Positions 13,630-27,010 of a stretch of DNA of 64,000 nt are shown here, piece by piece; position 1 is the stretch's first letter; each line of letters begins with the position of its first letter. Origin of the DNA: Eledone cirrhosa (taxonomy: Eukaryota). The notes under the pieces were generated by a model. The model was not told the DNA's origin. It was given only the letters and a program-made list of their open reading frames with translations, and did not search any database. The stretch is from positions 62,001 to 126,000 of the forward strand of contig CAXHJY010000114.1 in assembly GCA_964016885.1 (NCBI GenBank), given 5' to 3'. The position numbers and the translations under genes were made by a program.

Positions 13630-15385
13630 TTTGTCCAAGCGAGACTCTCCACATCATACAAGCGGCACAGTTCATTTTGTCCAAGCGGGACTCTGCATAT
13701 CATACAAGCGGCACAGTTCATTTTGACCAAGCGGGACTCTGCATATCATACAAGCGGCACAGTTCATTTTGTCCAAGCGGGACTCTCCACATCATACAAG
13801 CGGCACAATTAATTTTGTCCAAGCGGGACTCTGCATATCATACAAGCGGCACAGTTCATTTTGTCCAAGCGGGACTCTGCATATCATACAAGCGGCACAG
13901 TTCATTTTGACCAAGCGGGACTCTGCATATCATACAAGCGGCACAGTTCATTTTGTCCAAGCGGGACTCTGCATATCATACAAGCGGCACAGTTCATTTT
14001 GTCCAAGCGGGACTCTGCATATCATACAAGCGGCACAGTTCATTTTGACCAAGCGGGACTCTGCATATCATACAAGCGGCACAGTTCATTTTGTCCAAGC
14101 GGGACTCTGCATATCATACAAGCGGCACAGTTCATTTTGTCCAAGCGGGACTCTGCATATCATACAAGCGGCACAGTTCATTTTGACCAAGCGGGACTCT
14201 GCATATCATACAAGCGGCACAGTTCATTTTGTCCAAGCGGGACTCTGCATATCATACAAGCGGCACAGTTCATTTTGACCAAGCGGGACTCTGCATATCA
14301 TACAAGCGGCACAGTTCATTTTGTCCAAGCGGGACTCTGCATATCATACAAGCGGCACAGTTCATTTTGACCAAGCGGGACTCTGCATATCATACAAGCG
14401 GCACAGTTCATTTTGTCCAAGCGGGACTCTGCATATCATACAAGCGGCACAGTTCATTTTGACCAAGCGGGACTCTGCATATCATACAAGCGGCACAGTT
14501 CATTTTGTCCAAGCGGGACTCTGCATATCATACAAGCGGCACAGTTCATTTTGACCAAGCGGGACTCTGCATATCATACAAGCGGCACAGTTCATTTTGT
14601 CCAAGCGGGACTCTCCACATCATACAAGCGGCACAATTAATTTTGTCCAAGCGGGACTCTGCATATCATACAAGCGGCACAGTTCATTTTGTCCAAGCGG
14701 GACTCTGCATATCATACAAGCGGCACAGTTCATTTTGACCAAGCGGGACTCTGCATATCATACAAGCGGCACAGTTCATTTTGTCCAAGCGGGACTCTGC
14801 ATATCATACAAGCGGCACAGTTCATTTTGTCCAAGCGGGACTCTGCATATCATACAAGCGGCACAGTTCATTTTGTCCAAGCGGGACTCTGCATATCATA
14901 CAAGCGGCACAGTTCATTTTGACCAAGCGGGACTCTGCATATCATACAAGCGGCACAGTTCATTTTGTCCAAGCGGGACTCTGCATATCATACAAGCGGC
15001 ACAGTTCATTTTGTCCAAGCGGGACTCTGCATATCATACAAGCGGCACAGTTCATTTTGACCAAGCGGGACTCTGCATATCATACAAGCGGCACAGTTCA
15101 TTTTGTCCAAGCGGGACTCTGCATATCATACAAGCGGCACAGTTCATTTTGTCCAAGCGGGACTCTGCATATCATACAAGCAGCACAGTTCATTTTGACC
15201 AAGCGGGACTCTGCATATCATACAAGCGGCACAGTTCATTTTGTCCAAGCGGGACTCTGCATATCATACAAGCGGCACAGTTCATTTTGTCCAAGCGGGA
15301 CTCTACTCCACACATTATACAAGCGGCACAGTGCACTTTGTCCAACCGTGACTCTACTCCACACATTATACAAGCGGCACACTGT
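13630..15385. repeat. 46-bp minisatellite (~36 near-identical units, dimer of 23-mers)
   Basis: Unit ccaagcgggactctgcatatcatacaagcggcacagttcattttg(t/a); degenerate ~23-bp monomers upstream (13410-13630) and at the 3' edge. Confidence 0.97.
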
Positions 15386-15683
15386 ATTATATACAACATT
15401 CTCTTAACTGGTACAAGTAAGTTGTACTTGTAATTCAAAGAGTCAGCCTTGTCCCACACCTTGTCAGCCTGAATCTCAATGAGAACTACGTTAAGGATAC
15501 ATGTGTCTGTGCAATGCACGTTAATTTCACGGGAAGGCTTGAACAACTTTAACAGTCATTGTCAAAAACGACGGAGGTCCAGTCCATAGTTGCAGTAATG
15601 AGAGAGAGTGGGTGAAGAGAGAGAGAAAGAGAAAGAGAGAGAGAGGGGGGGGGAGATAAAAGAGAGAGAGAGGAGAGCGTGTA

Positions 15684-15714
<31 letters not shown>

Positions 15715-16157
15715 ATGTGTGTGTGATTAAATGGCCGTCTCCATTATGTTGATTTGCTATACAAGAAATATTAATCGAAAAATTCCTTAGTCTAAGTCTG
15801 CAAATATTTTTTTGTCCAAGTAAAAATGTTCTCCAATTTGTATTGACAGTGTATAGAAAATCTTAATCTCTGTTAAACTGTTTTCAATCTCTGATTACAA
15901 CAGCTGTTAAATAAACATTAGCTGAATCTGATGAAAAATTTCTTCATGATATAATGAAAAACGAAAGGAAAAATTAAATTATCACATCCGTTATTCAGGT
16001 TTCTGAATGCAATTATTTGAATTAAAATAATGATAATAATAATCTACACTTCTTTTCGAATATCTTTCCACTATTTCAATGTTTGGTCATTATTCTAAAC
16101 ATTATAAATACATTATAAAGATATCATTATTACCATATTTTAATATTAGTACTTAAA

Positions 16158-16475
16158 AGCTGGTGGATAGGGAGTATCGCTAGAGAGTTGGATATAATGT
16201 TTTGCAGTATAGAGTTACGGCCCATTACGTTCTGAGTTCAAATTCCCCCGAGGTTAACTTTGCCTTTCATCCTTACGGGGTCGATAAAATAAAGCACCAG
16301 TAACGTACTGGGGTCGATTTAATCGACTTTTCCTTCCCCCCAAATTACTGGCCTTGTGCTTATACTAGAAATCAATATTACTACTTAAAAGGTGGTGGAG
16401 TGGCAGTATCGGTAGAGAGTCGGACACCATGCTTTGCGGCATAGATTTACGTTCTGAGTTCAAATCTCGCATAGG
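16158..16475 (+). mobile_element. SINE family A: full copy plus partial copy
   Basis: Family A sequence; atatta(g/c)tacttaaaa duplicated around the first copy. Confidence 0.85.
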
Positions 16476-17200
16476 TTAATGCACTGGCGTCAATTTAATC
16501 AACTTTCTCCCCAGCCCCATAGATTCTATGAATAGTATGGTATAGTCATAGGGGCATTGTAATGGCATACGGCGTTTCTTGGGCATTTTAAGCCTGGCGG
16601 AGCCCATCCCTCTCCAGGTTTGAATACAGCAGACTTCTTCCAGAGAAAGATAGATAGATAGATAGATATATAGAGAGAAAAGGAAGTGAGAAAGAGATAC
16701 AGAAGAAGTATCGAGCCCCAGTACTAAACTGGTACTTATTTTATCAACCGTGAAAGGATGGAACGTAAAGTTGACCTTGGTGGGATTTGAACTCAGAGAG
16801 CAGGAACGAATACCCCAAAGCATTCTATCCGACATTCTAACAACTGTGCCGATGAACAGTAACCCCCACAAAATGGAGTGCATTAAGGACTTACTTAACA
16901 GGTCCGTATCTCCCATCACTCAGTAACAACACCATCTTGAGACATACATAGCAAGTAAATAATCGCAAAACACCCATATTGAATAATAAACAACATTCAG
17001 CTTGTGGAGACAGTTACACCATTTTATACAAATGTAAACCCTCAAGCAATATCTGGTAAAGTTTCTTAAATGATCAACATTCTTTATATAGATGAGGTGA
17101 GATAAGTGCAGCTAGGACTTACATTCTAGGCCAGATGAAAGCAACCAATGATTCTTTTAAAACATTTCAATTAACAACTGTAGCCTACATTGAATTTGTA

Positions 17201-17252
<52 letters not shown>

Positions 17253-17258
<6 letters not shown>

Positions 17259-17440
17259 ATAGAAGGAGCTTCTACAGGACTAGTACTGTTTCATTCAGAT
17301 GAAATCTTCCTGAAGATTTCATCTGAATGAAACAGTACTAGTCCTGTAGAAGCTCCTTCTATAAAATAAAAAAATTTTACTCTGCCATGTATTGAGTACC
17401 TTACTTACTGTGGTTATCCCCGACTCAACCCGGGACCTAC

Positions 17441-17441
<1 letters not shown>
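17253..17441 (+). mobile_element. PLE-derived short element: 57-bp-arm palindrome, intact hammerhead and 3' tail, in (TA)n
   Basis: Perfect inverted repeat 17253-17368 centred on 17310-17311; unique tail to 17441; (TA)n on both sides. Confidence 0.8.
17306..17352 (+). ncRNA. Type I hammerhead ribozyme
   Basis: cttc-CTGAAGA-t-ttc-atct-gaa-t-GAAA-cag-tactagtc-ctg-TA-gaag: stems I, II and III all pair; GUA cleavage triplet. Confidence 0.78.
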
Positions 17442-17480
<39 letters not shown>

Positions 17481-17483
<3 letters not shown>

Positions 17484-17565
17484 CAGGAAAGACCGGGGCT
17501 TTCCTGATGATTTCTCCCGAATTAAACAGTTCTAGTCCTGTAGAAGCCATTTCTATATTAAATTT
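17481..17565 (+). mobile_element. Second copy of the same HHR family, core mutated
   Basis: ggctttc-CTGATGA-tttctcccgaat-TAAA-cagttctagtcctg-TA-gaagcc; 10-bp 5' fold-back atcaggaaag/ctttcctgat; partial third copy at 22204-22243. Confidence 0.7.
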
Positions 17566-18254
17566 ATATATATATATAGAGAGAGAGAGAGATAGGGAGG
17601 GTGAGAAAGGGAGAAAGAGAGACAGAAAGAGAGAAAGAAAGAGAAAGAGGCAGATAGACAGACATACATAGTCACTTAAAAATATACCTATTTATATAGT
17701 CATTTTGTGAACGAGAATATCGATGATTATGGATTTCAAACGTGTTTAACACTGATGGCCTGAGTTAACTGACACACACACACACACACACGCACACGCA
17801 CACACGCACACGCACACAAACGCACACACACGCACACACACGCACACACACACACACACACGCGCACACACGCACACACGCACACACAAACACACACGCA
17901 CACACGGATGTAATGTTACTAGTTAAGACTAGTAAGATCTTTATTCAACTAAGCACACCATATTAAAGAAGGTAGTGTGTATTTTTGTAAGATAGGGCAT
18001 GCTCTCCAATAATAATAATGGTTTCTGATTTAGGCACAAGGGCAGCAATTTTGCAGGAGGGAAAAGTTGATTATATCAACCCCAATACTTGACTAGTGTT
18101 TTATTTTATGGACCCTAGAAAGGATGAAGGGCAATGTTGACCTCGACAGGATTGAAATCTAAACGTAAAGAGCTGTAACTAAATACCACATAGCTTTTTG
18201 TCCGACGCTCTAAAAGACTGCCAAATCCATCGGCCTTCCAATAATAATAATAAT

Positions 18255-18440
18255 AATTGTTTCTACGTTTTGGCACAAGGCCAGCAATTACCCAGTACAT
18301 TACTGGTAATTTATTTTATCGACCCCGTAAGGATGAAAGGCAAAGTTAACCTCGGCGGGATTTGAACTCAGACTGTAAAGGGACATAACTATGCTAGAAA
18401 GCATGGCGTCCAACCCTCTACCGATACTGCCAATCCACCG
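18255..18440 (-). mobile_element. SINE family A in (AAT)n
   Basis: Family A reverse complement flanked by caataataat on both sides; older copy at ~18010-18238. Confidence 0.85.
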
Positions 18441-18517
18441 CAATAATAATATATATTTATGCATACAAACATACTCACATAGACAGACAGACAGACACAC
18501 ACACACACACACACACG

Positions 18518-18597
<80 letters not shown>

Positions 18598-18612
18598 TAC
18601 ATATATACATAT

Positions 18613-18796
18613 ATAGGAAAATGTTTGACCCCGACGGCAGAGCTCAAGCCATTTCCACGGCTATTTCTGGACTGAAATAACCGTCTTGAGCTCTGCCGTC
18701 AGAGTCAAACATTTTCCTATTACCCACTCTAATACCCTAAGTATTGAGTACTTTGGTGCGTTATGGTCCACCTGGTTCCTCACCACACCTCCTTCG

Positions 18797-18798
<2 letters not shown>
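18613..18798 (+). mobile_element. PLE-derived fold-back element (second HHR family)
   Basis: Imperfect palindrome 18613-18720 plus tail, in (TA)n; homologous to 19583-19797. Confidence 0.75.
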
Positions 18799-18845
<47 letters not shown>

Positions 18846-18846
<1 letters not shown>

Positions 18847-19045
18847 GGTGACCTGCCCCCAAATGTGTACATCCCTACTTACCACCATAGGCGCTGAGCT
18901 GGCTAGCCGCAGGTGTGAGCCTCGCGAGATGGAATGGCTCTTCCAGTGCATCTCCCTTACCATCCACCGAGGAAACGCCTTCTCCATTCTGTCCGCCGGG
19001 GCCGTGGGGCGACCAGCACGTGCGACCCTCATTTTATCATAATAC
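18846..19045 (+). mobile_element. CRE-clade non-LTR retrotransposon 3' fragment (RLE C-terminus)
   Basis: TSLLTTIGAELASRRCEPREMEWLFQCISLTIHRGNAFSIL matches the CRE C-terminal FQRxSxAxxRGNA motif. Confidence 0.75.
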
Positions 19046-19149
19046 AGAGAGATGGGGAGGGCGAGAGAGATGGAGGCGTTGGCAGCGTCAGTTGTCCGTA
19101 GGGAGGTAGTGGTTTGTACTTAGCGAAGGTTTTTAGAACCTTGTGTTTG

Positions 19150-19333
19150 CGTGGCAGTATCGGTAGAGGGTCGGACACCATGCTTTGACGCATAGAGTTA
19201 CGGCCCTTGCCATTCTGAGTTCAAATCGCGCCGAGGTTAACTTTGCCTTTCATCCTTACGGGGTCGATAAAATAAAGTACCAGTAATGCACTGAGTAATT
19301 GCTGACCTTGTGCCAAAAGTAGAAACAATTATT
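19150..19333 (+). mobile_element. SINE family A
   Basis: Family A sequence ending agaaacaattatt. Confidence 0.85.
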
Positions 19334-19530
19334 ATATGTTTGGGTTCAACGTAATCCTGCTTGCTTACTGGGAATTGACAAAAACACATGCTTTAAGAGA
19401 TGTATGTATTTAATGTGTAACTATCTAAATATGTATCCCTAAATGTAAGAAATGAAGCAATCATAACTTTGATTACCTGTACAGGCAATTAGAATGCTGT
19501 TGAAGTGTGCATACATTTTTGGGGGACATC

Positions 19531-19582
<52 letters not shown>

Positions 19583-19586
<4 letters not shown>

Positions 19587-19797
19587 CGAAGGAGTTGTGG
19601 TAAGGAACCAGATAGACCATAACGCACCAGAGTACTCAATACTTAGGGTAGTAGAGTGGGTAATAGGAGAATAGGAGAAAGTATAACCCCGACGGCAAAG
19701 CTCAAGCCGTTTCGACGGCTATTTCTGGACTAAAGGAGTTCAGAAATAGCCGTCGAAACGGCTTGAGCTCTGCCGTCGGGGTCATACTTTCTCCTAT
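19583..19797 (-). mobile_element. PLE-derived fold-back element with hammerhead 3' half
   Basis: 61-bp-arm palindrome 19671-19797; contains ccgtc-GAAAC-ggc..gcc-GTC-gggg; tail to (TA)n at 19583; further fragments at 23482-23545 and 42651-42740. Confidence 0.8.
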
Positions 19798-20356
19798 ATA
19801 TATATATATATATATATGGGTTCCCCAAAGGTCCCGTCTACAAAACTTTCCTCAACTCGAAGAGAAAACATTTGTCAAAAGAGCGGTGCAGGTTAGTTTG
19901 AACTTGAAACTATACGATTCGGAAAGAAAAATTCAAGAACAAAACTCCTTTAGTGTGTTCAGAGCATGCGAAACAAAGAGAAGAAATAATCCATATTGCT
20001 TGAAATTTTCGAAGTGACATGATTTGAACTCAAAGCGCAGAGAGCCGAAGCACATACCGCTAAGCATCTTGCGCGATTCTTTAACAATTCTGCCAATTCA
20101 TGACTCTGAACCGGGATTTTACTTATCAATCTTGCACTGATGAAAAGCAAGTCTGACCGTAGCAAGATTTGAACTCAGAACGCAGAGAACCGGAACGAAT
20201 ACTGAGATATTTAACTCGATGCTCTATTGATTCTGCTAATTCACAGACTGCATTAAAACAATTAAATTAAAGTAAACATCTTATTCCTTGAGGATGAATA
20301 AAAACAATTGTACGTTAGGTTTCATATATCTTCTATATATTCTTGTATTTATCGTA

Positions 20357-21126
20357 ATGAGATAATAATTGTTTCTATTTCTGGCACAAGGCCAGCAATT
20401 ACCCAGTGAATTACTGGTACTTTATTTTATCGACCCCGTAAGGATGAAAGGCAAAGTTAACCTCGGCGGGATTTGAACTCAGATCATAAAGGGAGGTAAC
20501 TCTATGCTTCAAAGCATGGCGTCCGACTCTCTACCGATACAGCCAATATGAGATAATAACTGTTTCTACTTTTGGCACAAGGCCAGCAATTACTCAGTGC
20601 ATTACTGGTACTTTATTTTATCGACCCCGTAAGGATGAAAGGCAAAGTTAACCTCGGCGGGATTTGAACTCAGATCATAAAGGGAGGTAACTCTATGCTT
20701 CAAAGCATGGCGTCCGACTCTCTACCGATACAGCCAATATGAGATAATAACTGTTTCTACTTTTGGCACAAGGCCAGCAATTACTCAGTGCATTACTGGT
20801 ACTTTATTTTATCGACCCTGTAAGGATGAAAGGCAAAGTTAACCTCGGCGGGATTTCAACTCAGATCATAAAGGGAGGTAACTCTATGCTTCAAAGCATG
20901 GCGTCCGACTCTCTACCGATACAGCCAATATGAGATAATAATTGTTTCTACTTTAGGCACAAGGCCAGCAATTACCCAGTACATTACTGGTACTTTATTT
21001 TATCGACCCCGTAAGGATGAAAGGCAAAGTTAACCTCGGCTGGATTTGAACTCAGATCGTAAAGGGACGTAACTATGCTGGAAAGCATGGCGTCCGACCC
21101 TCTACCGATACTGCCAATCCACCGCC
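20357..21126 (-). mobile_element. Head-to-tail array of four family A SINEs, 191-bp period
   Basis: atgagataataa starts at 20357, 20548, 20739 and 20930. Confidence 0.93.
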
Positions 21127-21617
21127 TCTATGAGATAATAATGCCAATCCACCGCCAATATGAGATAATAATGATTCCTACTTTAGACACAAGGCCTGTA
21201 ATAGACGATTGTATCGACCTCAGTCTAGGACAGGTACTTATTTTAACGGCCCAGAAAAGATGAAAAGCAAAGTTTACCTCGGTGAGATTTGAACTCGGAA
21301 TGTATTAAAATAGAAGAGAAAAAAGCTGGTATATACAAATTAATAAATATTTTATTAATTTTCTAAATCAGTGCGAAGATGGTTTATTTAGTGATTACGT
21401 TGTTTGGTAAATCATTTAGTCTGACGCTTTAACAATTCAGCCAAAACACCGCCCTAAGCACTAACCAATAATGAAATTATTTAAAGTGTAAAACAAAATC
21501 GACCTGGTTTTTCTTAATCATTTGGTGAACACTTGTCTCAGTTTAAAGATGAGACATAGTTAAACATCGAGATTAAATAGAAATGTTTGTATGTATAGAA
21601 TCGTGAGGGGGTGGCTG

Positions 21618-21697
<80 letters not shown>

Positions 21698-21846
21698 GAG
21701 AAATAAAGAAAGTGAAGTAGAGAAAGTGAACAAAAAATCAAAGGGACAGAAACAAAACGAAAAGCAAGAATATAAAGAGAGATAGACAGAGAAAGAGAAG
21801 TAGAGAGATATAGAGACAGAAAGAGAAAGAATGACAGAAATATACC

Positions 21847-21891
<45 letters not shown>

Positions 21892-22402
21892 TGGGAGAGA
21901 GTCGACTTCATTAACTGCTAATCTTTAAGAAGCATAACATCTTAACCCTATAACGTCCAAATTATCGATACGCAGAAAATAAATTATTGTTCTTTTTAAG
22001 AGTAACGTTTGAAGTAGATGATTACATTTTTTCTCTCTCTCATACGCACATACATGTGTATAAAAATAAAAAAAATACAGACACACACACACACACACAT
22101 ACACATATATATAGGTGCATTCCCGATGTATATTGGGAGGTGAAAACAGTTAAAAAGATACACAACATGTTAGTAGAGTATAGGCATATTTATTTTATTA
22201 TAGGAATGAAACAGTTCTTGTCCTGTAGAAACCATTTCTATAATAATAATAATTATGATTTAGACACAAGGGCACTCCCGCAAGCTTTCTGTCAACTCAA
22301 TTTCCTTCACAAAGCTTGGATGGATACGAAGGAGACACGCAGTAGAAACAAACCCGCGATTGTATGACTGTGAACCGAACTCCTTAACTACTAAGCCATA
22401 TG

Positions 22403-22771
22403 TTATATATATATAAAGTTGTAGTTCCTGTCTGTTTGTTTGTTCACGAACTCCTATGGTTTTGGAGATAGACCCCCATAACCATATATATTCTGAAACT
22501 ACATTCCCCAGGGTACTTGGATAAGTATATTTCATTTTAATAAAAGGGTTCCTCGGGGGAACAAACCTTCGCTGAAAATCTTTTCCCTTCGATTTATATG
22601 AAATTTGAACCATATGTAAATGACAAGATATGTTGCCTATTCACAAAATTTCAGCAAATTTCAATAATAATGGAGTTTTTCTCAATAAATTATATCACTG
22701 ATTTAAAATCAATCATCATTTTCTTACAAAAAAATGTGTGAAACGCAGCAAGGCGCGGGTAATTCGGCTAG
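22403..22771 (+). mobile_element. Non-autonomous Helitron
   Basis: 5' tatatatataaa with (gttt)n; 3' GC hairpin cgcagcaaggcgcgg followed by CTAG then T. Confidence 0.65.
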
Positions 22772-23550
22772 TATATATATACACATATGTATGTGTGTGT
22801 GTGTGACATTCTTAAACTGATAAAAGTCCGACAAAATAATTATTTTATGCATATTTATATAAACGTTATAGGTTAAAAACTATTATAAATAATTTGAACC
22901 TTCCTTTGAACTTTCCATTAAAATTACCTTGCAGTGAAAACTTTAGTTTCAGTGCTGTTAACACAAGGAACCACATTAAATCGGAGACAAAAATCTAACT
23001 TGAATTAGCATAACTTATAGACGGCGAATTGGAAGAATCGATAGAACGTCAAGATTTGTTTCAGCTCTTTGTGCTGAGCCAAATTCAAATTTACTCTTCA
23101 TCCTTTCAGTAGCAGTGGATTGGCAGAAATATTCTAAATCGTCTAGCAAGATGTCTTGCGGTATCTTTCCCGACGCTGTACATTGGAAAGGCGGTGTCGA
23201 TTATGCTAGAGGTTGTGACTCACAGATAAAATCAGCAATGAAAAGATCAATGGAAGCAGTTTCCTTGATCCAATCTAATCTGATCTGATGTATCGGCTTT
23301 TTGTCTTTCTATCTTGTATTAATGATGGAAGTCATCCCTTTTCCTACAGACAATCACATATGAAAGATTTTATTGTGTTCACAAGAAATTTTGACCAATC
23401 CTTTTGACAACTACAATCTTCCCATATAAGGAATTACCCCTTGAAAAGTTCGGCTATTTATTACCACGCTAAAAATTCTAATTTAGTCCAGAAATAGCCG
23501 TCGAAACGGTTTCAGCTCGGCCGTCGGAGTTAAACATTTTCCTATATGTG

Positions 23551-23617
<67 letters not shown>

Positions 23618-24079
23618 ATATATATATGAGGTTTAAGAACCTCAGCGCTTCGATGATGATTCATAAGGTTATTTATATATGTGGATAATTCATATATTTA
23701 TATTTCCTACTATATTAAGCATGGAACTAATATTATCGTCATAGAACTTCATCATTTGTTGTGGTTTTTAGTTTATCCCCCCACCCCATATATATATATT
23801 TCTTTATGAGCTATATCGACGTTATTGTAAAATATCTTATAGATTGCAACGTGAATGGCGGATCAATTACAATTATAAATCAATTTACGACTGTCTGGTG
23901 TTAGCTTGATATTCAGTTTTGTAATAAATATACAATTTCTATTGTGACTTAAAATAAAGGAAATCAGCAATAACCAGTAATGGAAATATGTTGTGTTCGC
24001 TGATAAAAGTTTAAATAGCTACTTCTGATTTTCTAACTAATTTGTATGATCAATATCTACTCCCAAAGACATGTGGACG

Positions 24080-24430
24080 TAGCATGGTCGAATGGTTAAA
24101 AATTTCGCTTCGCAGTCATCAGGTCCCAGACACGATTATAAAGCGTGACACGTTGGGCATGTGTCATTTATTATAATCTCGGATTTACTTATACTTTGTA
24201 AGTGAAACTCAGTACACAGAAACAGTTTAGAAACTCGTCGGATAGACTGTTGCTATAATTCGAAAAGCCAGCCTTGTCACATAGAGTACCAGGCCAAATG
24301 TACCTGAGAATTATGTTACCGCGTACACGTGTCTGTGGAATACCCAGTCACGCACACATGAGCAGGCTGTTCCGTTGCTCGAACTTCTGGAACACTCATC
24401 GTCGAAACCAATCGAGGTTCATTCCATTTT
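24080..24430 (+). mobile_element. SINE family B copy
   Basis: Family B head, body and cattccatt tail. Confidence 0.65.
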
Positions 24431-25364
24431 TTTCCATTACTGGAGATGCATAATATTATTAGCTATCCTTTAAGTTTCTCTCAGACTTATAATAATACAC
24501 ATAGAAGAATTTATAACATATAAACTGTAAAGGAAGGCAGTGAATTGACGAGGTCGTTAGCATATCAGAGAAAATGCTTTGCGGTATTTATGTTGACTCT
24601 TTCATCCCTGAGCTGAAAGGCCGTCGAAATAAATTTAGCATCCGATCCTTTCGAGGATCTATAAAAATGTACCAGCCAAATAATGGGGTCAATTCTTTCT
24701 CTGTGTCTCTTTCTTACTGCTTCCTCTCTCTTTCTGTAGGAGAAATCGACTGTGTTCAGACCTGGCGCCTCTACAACACCACAAAATGTTATCGGTCCAA
24801 TTATTCATACAGTGAGAAAAGGTGGTAAACAAGCAGAGTCATTAGAATATTAGATAAAAATAGAATGCTTTGCTGTATTGATTCCGGCTCTCGGCGTTCT
24901 GAGTTCAAATTACACTGAGGTCAACTTTACCTTTCATCCTTTTCAGGTCGATAATTAAAGTATCAGTCAAGTACTGGGATCGATTCTCTCTAAGAAGAAG
25001 AAGAAACCAGATATATTCTCACACTCGATTGGCTCCACAAGGTTTCAATGACGAAGACACATCATGTCAGAGCAGTGCCTCTTTGACTCCTATCAGGAGT
25101 TATAAGGTTCTATATAGTAAGGCGGTGAGTTAGAAAAGTTGTGAGGTTGTCGGAGTAAATAGAAATGTAATCAAAGCTCGCCAAGGACCCAACGTGTTAG
25201 GTGCTGGACATATCATTCTTAACCTCTCTAGATTAAAATGTAATATGCAATTCTAGAAAAACAATTACTGTGTGATGGCGTTGCTCTATAGCCCAGTTCA
25301 TTGTGAGTAATGTCACATATTCAATGGTGTCTGTGGGCAGAATTTATTAAAGTAGACAATGAGT

Positions 25365-25480
25365 AGTAATATGCCTACCCCTGATCTAAATGATTTCTAT
25401 TGCGGGTGGTAGTATGCTCATCCCTGATCTAAATAATTTAAATTGCGGGTGGTACTATGCCGACCTCTGAACTAAATAAT
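25365..25480. repeat. Three diverged 43-bp tandem units
   Basis: (c/t)ctga(t/a)ctaaat at ~25380, 25423 and 25466. Confidence 0.7.
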
Positions 25481-26912
25481 TGAACATGTTCACAAACATG
25501 ACCGTAGCTCAAAATTTTAGCTAAAATAAATTGAATTAAAACTTTTGTACAATGACAGTTCATTGATAAAGATTTGCTATATAAACATATTACAAAATTA
25601 AAATATTCATGCTTGATATATCTATAAGCAGACAAGTTCTGTAAGGTTATCTAAAACAGGCGTTTTCTAGATGGTATAGTACAAATAACAGACGTATATT
25701 CTTCGTCGAGGATTTCACCTCATTAATGAGGTCACAGTATTCTGTCAGGGAGTCTTTTATAATTTATCTTTTAGGCACATCTCTCACTTCACTGCCACAA
25801 TTATAAACAAGCAATATTATTCAAAATATCTGCCGGCTCTCTATATACATCTGACAGAGCTGAAGCTATATATTTTATTATACATAGAACTGTATTCTCA
25901 AATAAATTTCATACTTCTTATAATACCACCCGTAAGAATATTTAACAGGCTGCATGCATAGACCAGCAACTCTTGATGGAGCTGTAGAGGCGTCACCGTG
26001 ACATAGCTGTATCTTGGGCGTTGTAAACATGGAGGAGTCCATCTCTCTTTAGATTTGATTATAGCCGAGTTCTACTTGAGAAAATAAAGGACAGAAGTGA
26101 GAAAAGAGAAGTAAGAAAGATATTGAAGAGAAATCAAAACCAGTTCTAGACTAGTACATTTTTTAACGATATCGAAAAGATGAAAAGGAAAATTGACCTC
26201 GACGGGATTTGAACTCGTATCGCAGAGAACTAGACAGAATACTGTAGAACATTATGTCCAACGTTGTGACGATTTGCCAATTCACCGTCTATTAGACTAA
26301 ATAAACGAACAAGAATAACTGATTTAGCATTTTTTAAATGATTTGATCTTTAGATATTTTCACAATGTTTAAATTTTTGATAATACAGAATGGACCTCCA
26401 TCATCTACGGCGATGAGTGGTCGAGTTCGATCAACGGAACAGTTTGCTGATGATGTGTCTCGAAGTTGGGTTACATGGATTAAAGAGTATGTTGTAAGAC
26501 ATTCTGAAAAGTTAAATGACCCAAAGATAAAACACTGATAATGTGTTCGAAAAGTTGAGTCAACTAAAAGAGGGTATATATTGTATGGCCACTGGAAACA
26601 ACTTGTAACTTCAACATAACACTGATAATGTGTCCAGATATTTGCATGTGCAGATCTATGAAGAACATAAAAAGTGAAATTCGAAATCCAATGTTGGGGA
26701 TTTTGTCATAAGTTTGAAATAACCCAGAGTTTGTGGAATGTTAAGTTCAATTGCCGTGTGGAATAGAACATCTTACGCTTCGGTCTCTTGCTATTCAACA
26801 GGAAGTAGATAAAAAGACTCTCTGTTGATGGTTCAAGAGGCTGACATTTTAGAAATTCCGCTTCTAACATTATTTAAACCTATCGACATTCCACAAAATC
26901 ATATACATATAT

Positions 26913-27010
<98 letters not shown>

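Noticed and set aside
13630-15385. CRISPR-like array or repeat-protein ORFs
   Set aside because: The units are near-identical with no unique spacers and no cas genes; the ORFs are by-products of a 46-bp period.
19495-19535. Tc1/mariner-like terminus (tacaggatgtccccc, minus strand)
   Set aside because: Only one end is visible and I found no partner TIR.
26460-26830. Possible host exon or transposase remnant
   Set aside because: It has multiple stops and no recognisable motif or supportable splice structure.
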